Positions 60,765 through 64,000 of a DNA stretch of 64,000 bases are shown piece after piece; positions within the stretch are counted from its first letter, which is position 1, and each line of letters starts with the position of its first letter. The notes beneath the pieces are model-generated. The model ran no database searches and was not told the DNA's origin. It was given only the letters and a program-made list of their open reading frames with translations. The translations under genes were made by a program, and so were the position numbers. Source of the stretch: an uncultured Pseudomonadota bacterium (GTDB lineage: Bacteria; Oederibacteriota; Muellerivitia; Muellerivitales; Muellerivitaceae); NCBI GenBank assembly GCA_963770835.1, contig CAVYRH010000019.1, positions 1 through 64,000 on the forward strand. The letters run 5' to 3'.

Positions 60765-63014
60765 TCAGTTTCCTTCCACGGGCTGGGGCATGCCCGTGGG
60801 CGCCGCCTGGGTCGCGGGCGCGACGGCGGGGGCCGCCGGGGCTACTGGCTGGGTTTCGGTTGGCGGGGCTTGGGTGGCGGGCTGGGGCGCTTGGGGCGGA
60901 AGGGCCGGACCCGACGGTTGGGCCGGTGCCGTATTGGAAACCGGCGCGGCGGGAGCGGGTGCCGACATCGGCTTGGGACCATATTGGTCCATCCATTGCC
61001 TCAAAGCCGTGTCGTTGGGATTGTATTTTAAGGCCATGCGGTAAGCCTGGATGGCTTGGTCTTTGCCGCCCAGCCTCAGGTAGCAATCTCCCGCCAAATG
61101 GTAGGCCTTGGCACTGCGGCTGTCGGATTCGATGGCTTTCAAGAAACGGTCCAGCGCCTCCCGGTAATTATTGTTGTTAAACTGGATCATTCCCTCGCTG
61201 ATCAAGTCCGTGGCCGTGGCATCCATGACGCCCGAAACCACCAGTTCCACCCGCCGGTTCTTGGCCCGACCCTCAAGGGTGGCGTTGGAGGCGATGGGCT
61301 TGGTGTCCCCGTAGCCCACCACGCTGAGCTTGGAGGGGTCCATGCCGCTTCTCACCAGGTAGTTCATCACCGCTTGGGCACGGGCCAGGGAAAGGGCCTG
61401 GTTATCCTTGAACTTGGCCCCCTTGCCCAGCTTTTGGTCGTCCGTGTGCCCGGCGATGATGATGACGCTGTCCGGGTACCTCCTGTGGATGGCGGCCGCC
61501 GCCTTTTGGACCGTATCGTAGCCCCTTTGCAAAAGCTCGTCCTTGCCCGAGTCGAAAAGAAGGTCGCCCGAAACCTCGAAGGTGTACTGGTAAGGCACCC
61601 GCTTGGGGACCCACTTGGCGTAGGTTTGGGCGGGGCGGGCGCTCCCGTTCATGTCATTGTCGTCGGACACGTCCAGGGTGAAGGTGTAATTGCCCTGGGG
61701 AACCAGTTCCCCCGTTTGGTTGCGTCCGTCCCACAAGTAGTGGGAAGGCGGATTACCCTTTCCGGAGAGGGACTTCACCAGCATTCCGTTGGAGTCCAGG
61801 ATGTTGATCTTATAACTGTCGATGGGTTCTTCGCTGCGGGCGGAGAAATTCACGCCGATGGTCTGCTGGCCCAGGATGAAGCCGGGCCCCGCCACGGCAT
61901 AGGCTTCGGGCCGAGTCAATTCGCCGCCCATGACCACCGTGAGGGAGATCCGGTGGGTGTCGCCCAGGATGCCATAGGGAACATAAGCGTAATCCAGCTT
62001 GGCCTCAAAATCGTCAAAGCGGTGGCCGATCCCCGCGCCGGCGGTGAATCCCGACAAAGTGTCCTCGGTGCTGTAACCGAGCCGCAAAAAAACGTCGTTA
62101 CGGCCGAAGGTCATGCGGTACTCGTCCCCCACCCCCGCCGTAAACCCTGTGTCGTTTTGGATGTTCATGTCGGCTGCGATGATATCCTGGTCCTTTTTCA
62201 TGAAGGTGCTATGCAGCCAATAGGAACCGCCGATCTTTCCCATGACGGGCTGGCTGAAATCCTGGATTTGGGTGCCCACGTTCTGTAATTCGGCCCCCAA
62301 GTAGAAAGTCTTGCGGGTAACTTCGTACATGAGCCCCAGGTTGAAAGCGGCTCCGGCATTGCCGATGTTGACCATGTTCTGGCCCACCACCGTGGCGCTG
62401 ACGCCCGCTAGGAATCTTTTAAAGAACGTACCCGGAATCCAGTTGCCCAATCGCTGGGCATAGGCCACTGTGCCGGTGAAGCTGTTGGCGCTGATATTAG
62501 GGCCGACTCCGCCGTAGGAGCCATCGGGGTTTTCCAGGGCGCCCGGAAAAGTCCCCGAATCCAGGTACCCGAAGCTTCCCCCGAAAGCCCCGGCCTGGTC
62601 GATGTTCTGGCTAAAGGAGAAAAACTCGTGAGTTACGCCCAAAAGCCATTCCCCCTGGGTGAGGGAAAACTGCGTCCCCCGGGCAAGGACCAGGCCCGCC
62701 GGGTTCCAGAAAACCGCCGTGGAATCGTCCGACACTGCCGTAAAGCTGTTTCCCATGGCGGAGGCGCGAGCCCCCATGCCGATTTTTTGGAAATTAGTGC
62801 TGGTGCTGCCGGCGCCCGACACTTCTTGGGCACCCGCGGGAAGGCTCGCAAAAATGAAAATCAGGCAAAAAATGGGGAAAAAAGAGGAAATGGAACGAAT
62901 TAAGGAATGTTTAATCATCGGCATAAATTTCCTTGTTATCGGGTTCGTCCTGCCCGGAAAAATACATTCGATATAAGTTCTACTCTTAAACGAGACCATC
63001 ATAATTTCTTTCAA
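60765..63014 (-). CDS. PorV/PorQ-like beta-barrel fused to FlgD-Ig, OmpA-like and TPR domains with a Pro/Ala tail
   Basis: IGMGARASAMG...FWNPAGL, DYAYVPYG.LG.THRISL; WDGRNQTGELVPQGNY; LFDSGK...GHTD...LSLARA...NRRVE; TPR pair. Confidence 0.82.
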   Translation of the reverse strand: MKEIMMVSFKSRTYIECIFPGRTNPITRKFMPMIKHSLIRSISSFFPIFCLIFIFASLPAGAQEVSGAGSTSTNFQKIGMGARASAMGNSFTAVSDDSTAVFWNPAGLVLARGTQFSLTQGEWLLGVTHEFFSFSQNIDQAGAFGGSFGYLDSGTFPGALENPDGSYGGVGPNISANSFTGTVAYAQRLGNWIPGTFFKRFLAGVSATVVGQNMVNIGNAGAAFNLGLMYEVTRKTFYLGAELQNVGTQIQDFSQPVMGKIGGSYWLHSTFMKKDQDIIAADMNIQNDTGFTAGVGDEYRMTFGRNDVFLRLGYSTEDTLSGFTAGAGIGHRFDDFEAKLDYAYVPYGILGDTHRISLTVVMGGELTRPEAYAVAGPGFILGQQTIGVNFSARSEEPIDSYKINILDSNGMLVKSLSGKGNPPSHYLWDGRNQTGELVPQGNYTFTLDVSDDNDMNGSARPAQTYAKWVPKRVPYQYTFEVSGDLLFDSGKDELLQRGYDTVQKAAAAIHRRYPDSVIIIAGHTDDQKLGKGAKFKDNQALSLARAQAVMNYLVRSGMDPSKLSVVGYGDTKPIASNATLEGRAKNRRVELVVSGVMDATATDLISEGMIQFNNNNYREALDRFLKAIESDSRSAKAYHLAGDCYLRLGGKDQAIQAYRMALKYNPNDTALRQWMDQYGPKPMSAPAPAAPVSNTAPAQPSGPALPPQAPQPATQAPPTETQPVAPAAPAVAPATQAAPTGMPQPVEGN

Positions 63015-63052
63015 CGAAAACCGCCAGGACCTTAAGGGGGGGGTGGAGGCGG

Positions 63053-64000
63053 CTAATCCCTCAAGAGTAGTGCCTTGCCGTTCAACAAAACCGAATTACC
63101 GTTTTTAATGACATAGTAATAAATCCCTGGCGAGCAGGGCGAGCCGTTGGAATTGGTGCCGTACCAATAGATATAACCCGTCGGCAAGGCCGCTAGAGTA
63201 TTCACTAGTTCCCCCGAGATCGTATAAACCGTCATAGACGCGCCAATGGGAACTTGGTAGGCCTGCAATGCTGGAAGGTTTTGGGGCCCTACCGCCACGG
63301 CGTACTTCGTATCGAAGGGATTGGGCCACACGTGAAGTCCCACGGGAGTTGGAGTGAAGGTGGGGGTGTTCATGGGAGTAGGGGTAAGGGTGGGAGTCAT
63401 GGTGGGTGTCGAAGTGGGCGTCGGAGGAATGCAAATCGGGGTCACTCCCAGTTGGAAATGCTGGCGGAACATATAGGCGTCCCCGACGGCCACGGTAAGC
63501 CAGTTGGCGGCACCCCAAACCCAGGGCACCGTACCACCCGGCGGATAAGGGATCAATTCGTCTGCGGATGCGATGGGCGGGAGTGTGGTGCCGATCGTGC
63601 CGGGAGCGGACCAGCTTGAATCATTGAATCCCACTTGGTTCCAATTGGCCGGGAAAGAACCTGCTGGCGGCAGGTTTCCTGCGCCTGCGTTGGGATCGTT
63701 CAGATATTGGTCAAGGATACAGCTGCTGGGTTCCACATAGGTTGTAGTGCAATTCGAATAATTTAGGGTAAGGAGCCAGGTTGCGCCGCTGTAAACGGTA
63801 TCGACCGAATAAGCATAAGCGGCGATGACGTTGTCCCCAGTTGTGTTGATCCAGGCGAGAGGTATGGTGATGTTATTGGTGCCTGTCCAACAACCGTTTC
63901 CGCAAGAGTTGGCAAGATTTCCGTTGATGAAGATTTCCCCCGCATCATCCGATGCCCAGCTCAAGGTGGCGCTGGTTAAAATACAGGTATTGGAGGTAGG
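63053..64000 (-). CDS. Exported lectin-like protein with short Thr/Pro linker and T9SS-CTD-like C-terminus (5' end beyond the window)
   Basis: SDDAGEIFING...GDNVIA...FNDSSW...MFRQHF; PTPT linker; VWPNPF...VYTISGELV...WYGTN...PGIYYY..K. Confidence 0.75.
   Translation of the reverse strand, partial: PTSNTCILTSATLSWASDDAGEIFINGNLANSCGNGCWTGTNNITIPLAWINTTGDNVIAAYAYSVDTVYSGATWLLTLNYSNCTTTYVEPSSCILDQYLNDPNAGAGNLPPAGSFPANWNQVGFNDSSWSAPGTIGTTLPPIASADELIPYPPGGTVPWVWGAANWLTVAVGDAYMFRQHFQLGVTPICIPPTPTSTPTMTPTLTPTPMNTPTFTPTPVGLHVWPNPFDTKYAVAVGPQNLPALQAYQVPIGASMTVYTISGELVNTLAALPTGYIYWYGTNSNGSPCSPGIYYYVIKNGNSVLLNGKALLLRD

Overview
Bacterial chromosomal window, almost all genes on the minus strand, in two parts. 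Bases 1-34.5 kb are housekeeping: rplA-rplK-nusG-secE-tRNA-Trp-rpmG-tuf; a thrU-tyrU-glyT/thrT tRNA cluster split by PEP carboxykinase and aspartase/fumarase-family genes; radA-ispDF-gltX-cysE-cysS-rlmB; mlaEFD; alr; dnaB; rpsF-ssb-rpsR-DUF2232-rplI; and sugar-phosphate enzymes (PPi-PFK, RhaD, PfkB, class I FBA). Gene order resembles Firmicutes but Mla and several beta-barrels indicate a diderm (inference: a poorly characterised lineage such as FCPU426/Goldbacteria). Bases 35.5-64 kb are a cell-surface locus. It holds three exported proteins (two of them with ~360-395 aa Thr/Pro/Ser stalks) that end in a T9SS-CTD/FlgD-Ig-like domain, one being a 1730 aa GH8 enzyme. It also holds a PL14-like lyase, a Cyc2-like cytochrome-porin, five GT-C-fold membrane glycosyltransferases (3 YfhO-like, 1 tandem double O-antigen-ligase-like, 1 ArnT/PMT-like) and a PorV-like barrel fused to FlgD-Ig, OmpA and TPR domains. 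I propose this is a coupled secretion, sorting and O-glycosylation system (inference). Non-coding highlights are an 87-nt double-hairpin repeat with a compensatory base pair, a 111-bp palindromic element inserted in-frame in a glycosyltransferase gene, a MITE, and a helically phased DnaA-box-like array before dnaB. Frameshifts at 1-3.3 kb, ~48.8 kb and 52.3-52.9 kb look like sequencing indels. All family assignments are from motif recognition by eye; no database searches were run.
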